A stretch of DNA of 16,659 nt from the NCBI GenBank assembly GCA_030668825.1, contig DAOVET010000052.1, positions 1-16,659 of the forward strand. The letters are read 5' to 3'. The first letter of the stretch is position 1. Every line of letters starts with the position of its first letter. This document shows, piece after piece, positions 1-8,737 of the stretch. The notes under the pieces were generated by a model. It was not told the DNA's origin. It worked only from the letters and a program-made list of their open reading frames with translations, and made no database searches. Source of the stretch: Candidatus Heimdallarchaeota archaeon. GTDB lineage: Archaea > Asgardarchaeota > Heimdallarchaeia > Heimdallarchaeales > Heimdallarchaeaceae. Position numbers and translations under genes: made by a program.

Positions 1-8
1 TGTATTAA

Positions 9-16
9 TTTTATAT
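9..16 (+). promoter_or_regulatory. Candidate archaeal TATA box for operon A
   Basis: TTTTATAT about 50 nt upstream of ATG 68. Weak evidence given the AT-rich background and the window edge. Confidence 0.3.
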
Positions 17-67
17 TTCTCAACAGGAAAGTTCTTGTGTCTGCTAAACCATTTCAGGAGAATAGAA

Positions 68-1783
68 ATGATTCGAACTTCAGAGGAGGGTGTTGGTGAA
101 AGTAGTTCTTCCATAGTGGTTCCTAGCAGATTTCTGTACAATAGAATCTTCAGTCTTTCAAGTGTAGGAAAACTGGTTTTAGTTGGCATTTTGATTGGTA
201 TAATGTATCTACCTTATTCTTTACTGAGTTATTATGCAAAATCAAATTATTTTTCAATTGTAATAATATTTGTAATCATTCTATTTTTTCTAGTTTGGAT
301 TTCCAGTCTTTATTTTCTTTTTTCCATAACTAGTACTAATATTGAAAAATCAGTTATAGGGAAAATATTTCCATTGTTATTAGTTACAGCTTCACTAACA
401 GCTTACTTTGCTGCTGTGATAGAGAACAAAGCTGTTTTACTAATTTTTTCTTTTAAAGGTATTTTAACATCAATAGGTATACCAGGAGTTACTTATGAGT
501 TGGCCAATTCAGTATTGTATGTGTCAATAATTCCTCTTTTGGAGGAATTTGCCAAGATATTTCCGCTTCTTATTCTTCTTGGAAACTATGCAAGAATTAG
601 TGTTGGAAAAAAGAACATTGTAACTAATTTAATACCAACCCATCGAACTTTTGTTTTATTAGGGGCATTTTATGGAGCATGGTTTGATTTGTTTGAACAG
701 TTCCTGTCCTTCTCAATTTTGAGCAATCCTCCAACAGGATATTTCACTTCAGCGTTAAATAATCAAGAAATAATTGATATACTAATTAATACGAGGACTG
801 TATTTCCCTTACATTCTGTCACTTCTATGTTACTTGCATTCGGAGTAGGTTTTCTATTCATATCAAGAAAAAACAAGAAGAAATTATCTTCAAGAATAAT
901 TTTTCTTCTGTTTCTGTTAGTTTCTGTTGGGTTTCATGCATACTGGAATTATAATTTCCAGGTTTTTAGCGAGAAATTCATTATTTCACAACTTCAACTA
1001 ATGGGTTATGTTTCTTATGGTATTTTTGGTTTCTTTGCGATTTGGATTTTGTTTAAAGTCCCGAAAATTTGTCCTAGTTGTTATAGCGAACATAGAATCA
1101 ATGATTGTGAACAATATGAGGGAAAAACCAAGATATATGAGAAGAAAATTAAAAAGAAGAAAAGTGTTGGGAGACTTATTGACGACTCAACAAGAATGAT
1201 GTTATGTCCTGAATGTCAGTATCCTCTTTACAATGGACAGTTTTGTGGTAATTGTTGGTCTTTTCCTAAACTTCAATGCGAAAACTGCAACCAAGTTGTT
1301 CCAGCTTTTAGCAGAAATTGTTGGGCATGTGGTTCAGATGTTCCAACATTGCATGAAAAAATGGGCTCTTCATCACCACCTCTTTACATGCATTTTTCTG
1401 TTGGTTTTACTAGGATTTTGGGAGTTGGTATAATCATTATTTTTGCTTTTGTTTTTAGTACAATTGAGAATTCTTTGCATTTTTTGGGGAATACTATATT
1501 TCTTCTGAGTGTTATAATTGCTCTAAGTGTTAGCATTTCTTGGTACAGATCTTCAAAAAACAGAGTTAAATCGATTTTAGCTTCTATTAACATCACAGCC
1601 ATTGTTGCATTTTCTCTTTTAATAACAACCATGTACTTGTCAATATTTGCCGTTTTTTTGATAATATCTGTCTATCAAATCTTCTTTGGATTGATTGGTA
1701 TTAGTTTGATACTATTACTTGATGTTCTATTCATAAGGTTCATCATAAAAGCTGCAAGGGGGACGAATCTTATAGTAATTTAG
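68..1783 (+). CDS. PrsW-family (glutamic-type) intramembrane protease fused to a cytoplasmic zinc-ribbon region and an extra C-terminal multi-TM block
   Basis: All four PrsW-type motifs lie in TM context: EEFAK (EExxK, nt 542), WFDLFEQ (FxxxE), PLHSVTS and FHAYWN (HxxxN, nt 935). They are followed by CPSC..H....C, CPEC..CGNC and CENC..CWAC (1070-1330) and about 4 further hydrophobic helices. ATG at 68 is preferred over TTG at 35 because AGGAG lies just upstream of it. Confidence 0.85.
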   Translation: MIRTSEEGVGESSSSIVVPSRFLYNRIFSLSSVGKLVLVGILIGIMYLPYSLLSYYAKSNYFSIVIIFVIILFFLVWISSLYFLFSITSTNIEKSVIGKIFPLLLVTASLTAYFAAVIENKAVLLIFSFKGILTSIGIPGVTYELANSVLYVSIIPLLEEFAKIFPLLILLGNYARISVGKKNIVTNLIPTHRTFVLLGAFYGAWFDLFEQFLSFSILSNPPTGYFTSALNNQEIIDILINTRTVFPLHSVTSMLLAFGVGFLFISRKNKKKLSSRIIFLLFLLVSVGFHAYWNYNFQVFSEKFIISQLQLMGYVSYGIFGFFAIWILFKVPKICPSCYSEHRINDCEQYEGKTKIYEKKIKKKKSVGRLIDDSTRMMLCPECQYPLYNGQFCGNCWSFPKLQCENCNQVVPAFSRNCWACGSDVPTLHEKMGSSSPPLYMHFSVGFTRILGVGIIIIFAFVFSTIENSLHFLGNTIFLLSVIIALSVSISWYRSSKNRVKSILASINITAIVAFSLLITTMYLSIFAVFLIISVYQIFFGLIGISLILLLDVLFIRFIIKAARGTNLIVI

Positions 1784-1791
1784 GTGATAAT

Positions 1792-2778
1792 ATGGAAAGA
1801 CAAAATGCTTCTTACAACCCTCCCCCACCAAAAGCAGGAAAAAAGGGACCTGTTCCTTTCAAACTTGATTTCAAATATCTTCTCTATAAGCTATTCTTTC
1901 CCTCCTTAAAGAATAGGGGAAAACGGGAGTATCTAGGAGTTTTGATAAGAAGAACCTCAACTTATCTTGCTATCACTTATGCCATATCAATTACTCTCAG
2001 CTTGATATTGTATTATTTAGATGATTTTTCATTATTCTATGGACTTATTTGGAGTCCTGAAGAAATTCTTTATCTCCCATTTCTATCCACTTTCATTTCA
2101 CAAAACTTAGATTCTCTGATTACTAATTATGTGCTCACCATTTTTTTGCCATTCTTTTTAGCTGGGATTATTTGTGCTCTTTTTTGGGGAGAAGAAGCAC
2201 GAGATTTAGTTCTTAGTTCTGCGATAATAACATTTTTACTGTTTGTTACACTACATCTTTCGCAAGTGATTTTATTCAGTTCTTTAGCAGCTAGTATCTC
2301 AGGAGTCTTCGCAGGATTTTGGTATCTAGGTTTCATTTTTATATTTTCGGTATCTTTCTTAATTATTGGATCTCTAGGGGGCGTAATAGGTGTTCGATTT
2401 GGTAAATTATTCATAAATATGTTTCTCCCTAAAAAAGGAGCAAAAATTACTTATTCTAACCTAATACAACCAAAAATGCCTCTGTCAGTAAAAACAGTTT
2501 TTGATCTGGATAAACCCCCTAAATCTGACGATAGACAATACCAGGCATTATCTATGGTTTACATGAATCGAAAAGTAGAGACCCTATTAAAATCCACAGA
2601 AAAGAAATATTGCAAGTATTTTGCTGAAGGCAAATGTGCATATTTGGGTTATGTTACAGCAGAACATAAGTATCAGATCTGCTTAACTGATTACTGGCCA
2701 TTATGTAGGATATATGCATTCTTAAGTGAGAGCAAGTTAGTTATTGACGATTCCATAGAAGGTGAAAACAATGTCTAA
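1792..2778 (+). CDS. Multi-pass membrane protein (about 4-5 TM) with a C-terminal Cys4 putative metal-binding domain; function unknown
   Basis: 328-aa ORF preceded by AGGTGAT (1782-1788). Pro/Lys-rich N-terminus, hydrophobic core, and a C-terminal CX7CX14CX7C motif (CKYFAEGKC...QICLTDYWPLCRIY). Confidence 0.8.
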   Translation: MERQNASYNPPPPKAGKKGPVPFKLDFKYLLYKLFFPSLKNRGKREYLGVLIRRTSTYLAITYAISITLSLILYYLDDFSLFYGLIWSPEEILYLPFLSTFISQNLDSLITNYVLTIFLPFFLAGIICALFWGEEARDLVLSSAIITFLLFVTLHLSQVILFSSLAASISGVFAGFWYLGFIFIFSVSFLIIGSLGGVIGVRFGKLFINMFLPKKGAKITYSNLIQPKMPLSVKTVFDLDKPPKSDDRQYQALSMVYMNRKVETLLKSTEKKYCKYFAEGKCAYLGYVTAEHKYQICLTDYWPLCRIYAFLSESKLVIDDSIEGENNV

Positions 2779-3541
2779 AGATATTAGTAAGTACTTCAAT
2801 CTTAGAATTCTACTTCTAGTAGTTTGTCTGATCGTTTTCATCTTGTTAAATAGTTCTCAAGAAAGCTATGAAAGTATTAACGATATTCCAATTAGCACGC
2901 TTACTACAACAAACATTGGGAATTTTAACACAACGTCAGATCCTTTATCAACCACTTCTGGACCAACTTACCCAACCGCTACTCCTCCTACTCCTTCAAA
3001 TGGTGGAATCACGCAGACTGAAAAACCTAGTATTTCTTCGCGCATACTTCCTATAAGTATAGGAGTTGCGATTTTAATATTAGTTTTCATGCTATACCTT
3101 CGAAAAAGGAAAGAAGTAAATCTAACAAGTGCAAGTTCAGTACATAGCAGATACACAATTTCTACAAGAAGACAAAAATTCAGTACACAGATTGTTACCT
3201 TAGTTGATGTTTTAGAAGATTATTTGAAAAAAGGAAATTATACTGAGGGAATAATCTTTGGATATCATCAATTGGATAAGAATATGAAAATGGTTCTTGG
3301 AATTAAAAGAGAAACTTACCTTACACCAAAAGAATTTTCCTTATCTCTAGATTTACCTGAAATCCTCCCCCATTTCAAATGGATAGTAGATATCTTCTAT
3401 GTGGCACGATATAGGATTTCTCAAATGACCTATGATAATCTTGAACAGTTTATCCTGGAATTGAAAACTATCAAAGATTTGAGTGGTAAGGAAATCGATA
3501 TTCAGATATCTCAAATAAAACAACTAGGTGAGGTAGAATGA
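2771..3541 (+). CDS. Membrane-anchored DUF4129-domain protein (TM, Ser/Thr/Pro-rich loop, TM, cytoplasmic DUF4129)
   Basis: Two hydrophobic helices flank an S/T/P-rich linker. The C-terminal GIKRETYLTPKEF...IFYVARY matches the DUF4129 R-x4-T-xx-E[FY]...ARY pattern. Start moved to ATG 2771 because the GTG at 2762 is part of the GGTGA SD. Confidence 0.75.
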   Translation: MSKDISKYFNLRILLLVVCLIVFILLNSSQESYESINDIPISTLTTTNIGNFNTTSDPLSTTSGPTYPTATPPTPSNGGITQTEKPSISSRILPISIGVAILILVFMLYLRKRKEVNLTSASSVHSRYTISTRRQKFSTQIVTLVDVLEDYLKKGNYTEGIIFGYHQLDKNMKMVLGIKRETYLTPKEFSLSLDLPEILPHFKWIVDIFYVARYRISQMTYDNLEQFILELKTIKDLSGKEIDIQISQIKQLGEVE

Positions 3542-4815
3542 AGTTTTCAAAGGCTTTCTTTTCTAATAAATATTCACCATTCTTTAAAATGGTTATTCAG
3601 ACTCTACTGATATTTGTTATAGTTACAATCCCCTTAAGCATCAATATTACTAGTTCTCCTCCGCCCTATACAATGTATGACACTACGCCAAGTGGAATGT
3701 CTATTTTTAATTCTCTTCTTCAGGAAAGAGGATTCAATACCACTAGAACTGTCTTGTCAACCGAACCAGTAAAGACACTACCTGATTCCTCAATTCTTGT
3801 AATTGCAGGGGGGGCTAAAAACTATAGATCTGCAGAAAAAGTTGTTATAGATTCGTTTATTGGACGAGGGGGAACACTTCTTCTTCTCGTGGGGTCAGGT
3901 TCTTCTTATGATCTTGCAAGATATTTAGGTTTAGGAATATCTGCTTCTATGCTATTAGAAACAGAAAATTATTACCCTACTCCAGAATTTATTTTTACAC
4001 ACTCACCTGCAACTGTTAATGGAACATTATGTTTTGCTCAAGCGAAAGCAATTCTCTATGTTTTAACAAGCTCACAACAAGCTGAAGTTCAATCAATTGC
4101 AACTGAGCCTACAACTTTTATCGACGGAAATGGAGACAAGATGTGGAATCAAATCTCAGAAAATACTAGAAGCTACAAGGTAGCTGTAGCGATAAGTAGA
4201 GGTTCTGGAGTAATAGTAGCAATTTCTGCAGTAAGTTTCCTTTCTAATGATTTGTACACCGCGGGATTCGATAATATTAATCTGGCAATAAATCTTATTG
4301 GAGCATATTCTGGGGGTTCAGAATCTTTAGTTTGTTTTGAAGAAAGCCATAAAAGGTGGCCCTTCGCCTCTACAGAGGGTATAGTTAACCAAACATATGG
4401 AACTGTGATTTTGTTGTCAAAAACTCGATATTTCATATTTATAGCAGTTCTTCTAGTGTTGATTTTTTATTATTTAACTCCAAGAGTTAAAGACGTATAT
4501 AAAACAAAGGAATCCTATAAGAAATTTATCTCAAAAAAAATCTGGAGTAGACGGAGAGAGCTATTTGATACCTTTGGATCCCCCATTAATCCAACAGTTG
4601 AGGAAAAAGTTCTTTCTTATTTATATTTTCAACATGAACTTTATCCAAGTAAGGGTTATAATTATTTTATTCTAGAGAAGATGAAATTTGTTCCTTCTCA
4701 TCTATTCGAAGAGGAAGAGAGAGAGCTTTATGAGCTCGCACTAACAAAGAAATTAGATCACGATACATTCCTATTTCTGTTTAAGAAGTTGGAAACCATA
4801 CAAAAAAGAAGGTGA
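3538..4815 (+). CDS. DUF4350-domain (GldG/GIFT-like) membrane protein
   Basis: N-terminal TM, then YTMYDTTPSGMS...LVIAG...FIGRGGTLLL...FLSND...FEESH, followed by a second TM and a cytoplasmic tail. This is the typical gene directly upstream of moxR. ATGA overlap with the previous gene. Confidence 0.75.
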   Translation: MKFSKAFFSNKYSPFFKMVIQTLLIFVIVTIPLSINITSSPPPYTMYDTTPSGMSIFNSLLQERGFNTTRTVLSTEPVKTLPDSSILVIAGGAKNYRSAEKVVIDSFIGRGGTLLLLVGSGSSYDLARYLGLGISASMLLETENYYPTPEFIFTHSPATVNGTLCFAQAKAILYVLTSSQQAEVQSIATEPTTFIDGNGDKMWNQISENTRSYKVAVAISRGSGVIVAISAVSFLSNDLYTAGFDNINLAINLIGAYSGGSESLVCFEESHKRWPFASTEGIVNQTYGTVILLSKTRYFIFIAVLLVLIFYYLTPRVKDVYKTKESYKKFISKKIWSRRRELFDTFGSPINPTVEEKVLSYLYFQHELYPSKGYNYFILEKMKFVPSHLFEEEERELYELALTKKLDHDTFLFLFKKLETIQKRR

Positions 4816-4820
4816 TATGA

Positions 4821-5765
4821 ATGACACAAATACAAGAAACGAAAGAAATTTTCAGTAAAATTATGGACGAAATGAAGAAAAGGATTGTTGGAAATGAAAA
4901 TGTCATTGAACTTATGTTTGCTTCATTGCTAAGTGGAGGAAATGTTCTTCTAGAAGGTGTACCAGGAATAGCTAAAACTTTGATGGCTAGCACTCTAGCA
5001 GAAGTAATGAAAGTAGGATTTAAACGAATTCAATTTACAAGCGATTTGATGCCTGCGGATATTACTGGTGGAAATATATATGAAAGAGAAACAAGCTCGT
5101 TTAAATTCATTGAAGGACCAGTTTTCACTAATATTCTTCTAACTGATGAAATAAACAGAAGTCCTCCAAAGACACAATCTGCGCTTCTGGAAGCTATGCA
5201 AGAGAAGCAAGTTTCTTCAGGAAAAAAAACTTATAAACTTCCAGAACCTTTTATGGTTATCGCGACTCAGAATCCCATTGAAAGTACCGGAGTCTATCCT
5301 CTACCAGAAGCTCAGATAGACCGATTCCTTGTAAAAATACCTGTTTATCCTCCCTCTTTGCAAGGAGAAATATCTATGCTGCTGAAAAAGAAAGAGGAAA
5401 TGTTTGCTGATGTAAACGCTGTTACAAAAAAGGATACTCTACAAAAATTATCAAATGAAATAGAGAGCAGCGTAATTTTGAGCAATCAGATAATCGAATA
5501 TATTGCAAAACTTGTTGTTGCTACAAGATCTGTACCATCTCTAGCATTGGGCGCAAGCCCTAGAGGTTCTATAGCTCTGTTAACATTAAGTAGATCAATT
5601 GCTGCAATAAGAGGAAGAGATTTTGTAGAACCAGATGATATCAAATCTATTTTCTTTCCAGTCATGAATCATAGATTGATCTTGTCTCCTGAGGCTGAAA
5701 TTGAACAAATTAGGGTTTCAGAAATTATACAAAATATTCTGACAGAAGTTGAAGTTGTAATTTAA
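4821..5765 (+). CDS. moxR: MoxR-family AAA+ ATPase (MoxR-proper type)
   Basis: Walker A LLEGVPGIAKT, RIQFTSDLMPADITG, Walker B LLTDEINRSPPKTQSALLEAMQE, ATQNPIE..G.YPLPEAQIDRF and the lid motif GASPRG. SD GGTGA at 4811-4815. Confidence 0.96.
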   Translation: MTQIQETKEIFSKIMDEMKKRIVGNENVIELMFASLLSGGNVLLEGVPGIAKTLMASTLAEVMKVGFKRIQFTSDLMPADITGGNIYERETSSFKFIEGPVFTNILLTDEINRSPPKTQSALLEAMQEKQVSSGKKTYKLPEPFMVIATQNPIESTGVYPLPEAQIDRFLVKIPVYPPSLQGEISMLLKKKEEMFADVNAVTKKDTLQKLSNEIESSVILSNQIIEYIAKLVVATRSVPSLALGASPRGSIALLTLSRSIAAIRGRDFVEPDDIKSIFFPVMNHRLILSPEAEIEQIRVSEIIQNILTEVEVVI

Positions 5766-5772
5766 CCTAAGC

Positions 5773-7164
5773 ATGAGGAAGTTAACCATGGAAGAGGAAA
5801 AAATCTTTGAACTAACAAAGAATGGACGCATATTCATCCTTTTGGGAAGTTTATCTATAGTTCTAGGTTTATCTATTGATAATTATATCTTAATTATTCC
5901 AGGTCTTCTTTTTTGGTTAGTAATAGCCTCTGCTTTTGTTCACTACCTAACAACACAAGATGTTTCTTTTGATGTTGATGTGAGAATATCAAAAGAATAC
6001 CTGAGGAGTAGAGGTTTACTTGCTGTTGCTGTAAATCTGACCAATTGTTCGAAAAAAACAATTAGGATTAAAACCACGTTACGATTTTCATATCACCTCC
6101 AAAGTATCAACATACCAGATCAATTATATCTAAAATTAGAATCTGATCAAACACAGAAAATCGTATGGATATTATTAGCAATTCGAAGAGGAAATGCAGA
6201 AATTGGACCAATAGAAATAGCTGTGGGACCTCATCAACAGCTGTTCAAAAATCTAAGAATTCTGAGAGAAATTACTACAATAAAGGTGCTTCCCCAAAGA
6301 CCACGTATCAATATACCCTGGAAAACCAAGAAAGAACTTCTTCTTAAAATGGTTCATGAATTTGCTCAAAGGATTAGGGGTCGTGGCGATGAATTCTTTG
6401 CACTCCGTGATTACCTCCCAGGGGATGAAGTAAAACACATAGACTGGTTTGCTACTGCAAGACATGACAAATTAATTACCAGAGAATATGAAGATGAAAG
6501 AAATCTTCACTTCCTAATATACCTTGATTTAGGAAGTACTATGTTTGGTCCTAAATTTGAACATTCTTTATCTTCTGCTGTTGAAGTTTCCTCACTCATC
6601 AGAGGGACAAGTCATGATTTGGCAGTGATTGCATATGGGGACAATGTTAGTAGATTCATTGTTCCCCAAGTTGGGAAAAATGAATTGAGATTAATGTTGA
6701 ATTTATTTGACATTGAGCCCCATGGGGTTGAAAGTAACTTCATCAATGCTGTGAAATTTACCAGAAACAATCGATTGAATCATTCAATAGCTATAATATT
6801 TTCTGATTTGGAAGGTGATTTAAAAAAGAAGCTTCAAGGGTTACATTTGCTTCATTCTATGGGGAGCAGAGTAATATTCGTTAATTTTTCTACTATGGCT
6901 TTTAATATTCTTGCCTCATCTGAATGGATAACTAGTGAAGCTCAGAATCTTGAATATAAAGAAATCATAGATAATGTCTTTCCTAGTTTAGTGAGAGATG
7001 AATATTTGAGTAGAGAAGCTGAAGTTAGAAGAATTCTATATTCAGTTGGTGGTGATTATGTCGAGATCAATGGATATGAAGATAACATAATTTTGTCACT
7101 TTACAGGTTGATGAATAAATATTCCCCATCACATAGATTAGTACAAGAAGCATTAGGGCGATAA
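5773..7164 (+). CDS. DUF58-domain (vWA-like) MoxR partner with two N-terminal TM helices
   Basis: RRG...GP beta domain, GRGDEFFALRDYLPGDEVKHIDWFATAR..LITREYEDER, degenerate MIDAS-like IYLDLGSTM and IIFSDL. Directly follows moxR. Alternative start ATG 5788 has GAGG upstream. Confidence 0.92.
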   Translation: MRKLTMEEEKIFELTKNGRIFILLGSLSIVLGLSIDNYILIIPGLLFWLVIASAFVHYLTTQDVSFDVDVRISKEYLRSRGLLAVAVNLTNCSKKTIRIKTTLRFSYHLQSINIPDQLYLKLESDQTQKIVWILLAIRRGNAEIGPIEIAVGPHQQLFKNLRILREITTIKVLPQRPRINIPWKTKKELLLKMVHEFAQRIRGRGDEFFALRDYLPGDEVKHIDWFATARHDKLITREYEDERNLHFLIYLDLGSTMFGPKFEHSLSSAVEVSSLIRGTSHDLAVIAYGDNVSRFIVPQVGKNELRLMLNLFDIEPHGVESNFINAVKFTRNNRLNHSIAIIFSDLEGDLKKKLQGLHLLHSMGSRVIFVNFSTMAFNILASSEWITSEAQNLEYKEIIDNVFPSLVRDEYLSREAEVRRILYSVGGDYVEINGYEDNIILSLYRLMNKYSPSHRLVQEALGR

Positions 7165-7166
7165 AA

Positions 7167-7973
7167 ATGAGAATAAGAGATAAAGTCTTTGAGGTTGATT
7201 GGAAAAAAACCAAGAAAACAGCTCCTGGTTCTCAGATTATGGTTTTTTGTCATCATCTTTTTGGCGTGATAGCAATAGCAATAATAATTTTACAGTCTGC
7301 TATAAGTTTGAACGTATATGTTTTTACAATCTGGTTAATAATAGGCATTATTAACTTGATGATTGATTTATTCAGGGGGGGAGATTTGAATCTCAAAAAT
7401 GAATTGAGTTTCGGAATTTTCTTAATTTTGGGTACAACATTGTCTCTATTACTTGCAAATGTAAACTCCATGTTTTTCCCAGATACACTTGGCAGAATTG
7501 ACATCATACTTTACCAAGTATCTGCAGGGATTTGCATAGCCTTGAGATTGCTTCTATCTATATTCTTTCTGGAATTCTATTTTCACGAAAAATTTTACAT
7601 TTTACCAACCGGAGATTACGCAAAGGAACAAGTGAAACACTATGAAGATAACTTAACCTTAACCGATTTTGAACACGAACCTCTGAAAGAGCTAGATGTG
7701 CTTCAGAAGTGGTGGATCCTTATCAAAATGATGTTCTGGCCCTTAATTTCAATACTGATTCTATTTCTATTTGCAGGTTTATATTCAATGATAATTTATT
7801 TCATAATCCCTCCAAATACTATAGCTGAATTCATAATTCGTCCTTCACTTATTGTTGTAGCAATCCTCTACACGATTATCCTCACAAGAATGAATGCAAT
7901 TTTGCCGAAAATTAAGGACGAAACTACAGTACAAATAGAAAACGATGATGGGATATCTGAATTTATTGAATAA
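7167..7973 (+). CDS. Hypothetical multi-pass membrane protein (about 6 TM), last gene of operon A
   Basis: 268-aa ORF starting 2 nt after the DUF58 stop. Four N-terminal and two C-terminal hydrophobic segments around a charged loop. No family recognised. Confidence 0.75.
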   Translation: MRIRDKVFEVDWKKTKKTAPGSQIMVFCHHLFGVIAIAIIILQSAISLNVYVFTIWLIIGIINLMIDLFRGGDLNLKNELSFGIFLILGTTLSLLLANVNSMFFPDTLGRIDIILYQVSAGICIALRLLLSIFFLEFYFHEKFYILPTGDYAKEQVKHYEDNLTLTDFEHEPLKELDVLQKWWILIKMMFWPLISILILFLFAGLYSMIIYFIIPPNTIAEFIIRPSLIVVAILYTIILTRMNAILPKIKDETTVQIENDDGISEFIE

Positions 7974-8041
7974 CTGTTTCTATTTATTGTTCACTATACA
8001 ATTATAAGCTAAAGGAGTAAAATTCGAATGTTCACTTATTG

Positions 8042-8737
8042 TTATTTTAGTAATTCTTTCAAAGTTTTAATTCTTCCACATGATTTATCATTTTCTGGAC
8101 AATAGCCATAAAAATCACAATATGCACCTAAATCTTTGAATATTAAAGGAGAAACTTTCTGAGCTTCTTCCAACATTGCTAAAGCAAGTTGTCTGATCTC
8201 CCACTGGCTAAGCACACATAATCTCTGAACAAAAAAGTCGACTAAAGCGTGTGCGTTCATGGAAACCATCAACTGTGTTGTTGTTGCACCTGGTAAGATG
8301 AATCTTGCGTCTTCTTTCGGAATACCCCCATCTACCATCCGCTGGTACAAATTGCTGCAATCCTCAAGTTTCTTGTTGTACTGTTCTAGGAATTGGGATT
8401 TTTCAATTGTATCAGGAATAACAGCTCTGAAATTTTTTGCATCAACATATCTTTGTGATTGTTGGGAATAACTAGCAATACGCTTTCTGACTAGTTGATG
8501 ACTTGCTACTCTACTTAAACCGGAAATATAGAAAACATAGATATTATGTTCGAGAATAGATAAATGACCATTCTTAACTATTTTACTAAGATATTTTGCA
8601 GGTTTACTTTCAGCATCCTTTCTTATTTCTTCGTAATCATGACCACCTGAGTAACAGATTGCTGCAGCCATTTTAGCAATTAAATCAGTTTCCTTTGGGT
8701 AAGAGATCAGTTTTACTTTAATGGATATCACTTCCAA
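8042..8737 (-). CDS. thyX: FAD-dependent thymidylate synthase ThyX
   Basis: GHLSILEH, SRVASHQLVRKRIASYSQQSQRY (R[H>K]R-x7-S signature), EDARFILP, MNAHAL..F...RLC..SQWEIR and a C-terminal Cys cluster. Start is uncertain: TTG 8737, GTG 8731 or ATT 8722. Confidence 0.95.
   Translation of the reverse strand: MEVISIKVKLISYPKETDLIAKMAAAICYSGGHDYEEIRKDAESKPAKYLSKIVKNGHLSILEHNIYVFYISGLSRVASHQLVRKRIASYSQQSQRYVDAKNFRAVIPDTIEKSQFLEQYNKKLEDCSNLYQRMVDGGIPKEDARFILPGATTTQLMVSMNAHALVDFFVQRLCVLSQWEIRQLALAMLEEAQKVSPLIFKDLGAYCDFYGYCPENDKSCGRIKTLKELLK

Noticed and set aside
35-67. TTG start and 11-aa extension of the PrsW-like gene
   Set aside because: ATG 68 has an AGGAG SD, whereas TTG 35 has no clear SD and lies close to the candidate TATA box.
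7974-8041. Terminator between the convergent genes
   Set aside because: Only loosely T-rich, with no clear hairpin or long oligo-T tract, so no site can be placed.
8070-8225. C-terminal Cys cluster of ThyX (RLC...C.....CPE....CG) as a novelty
   Set aside because: This extension is common in one ThyX subgroup found in Firmicutes and archaea, so it is not unusual.
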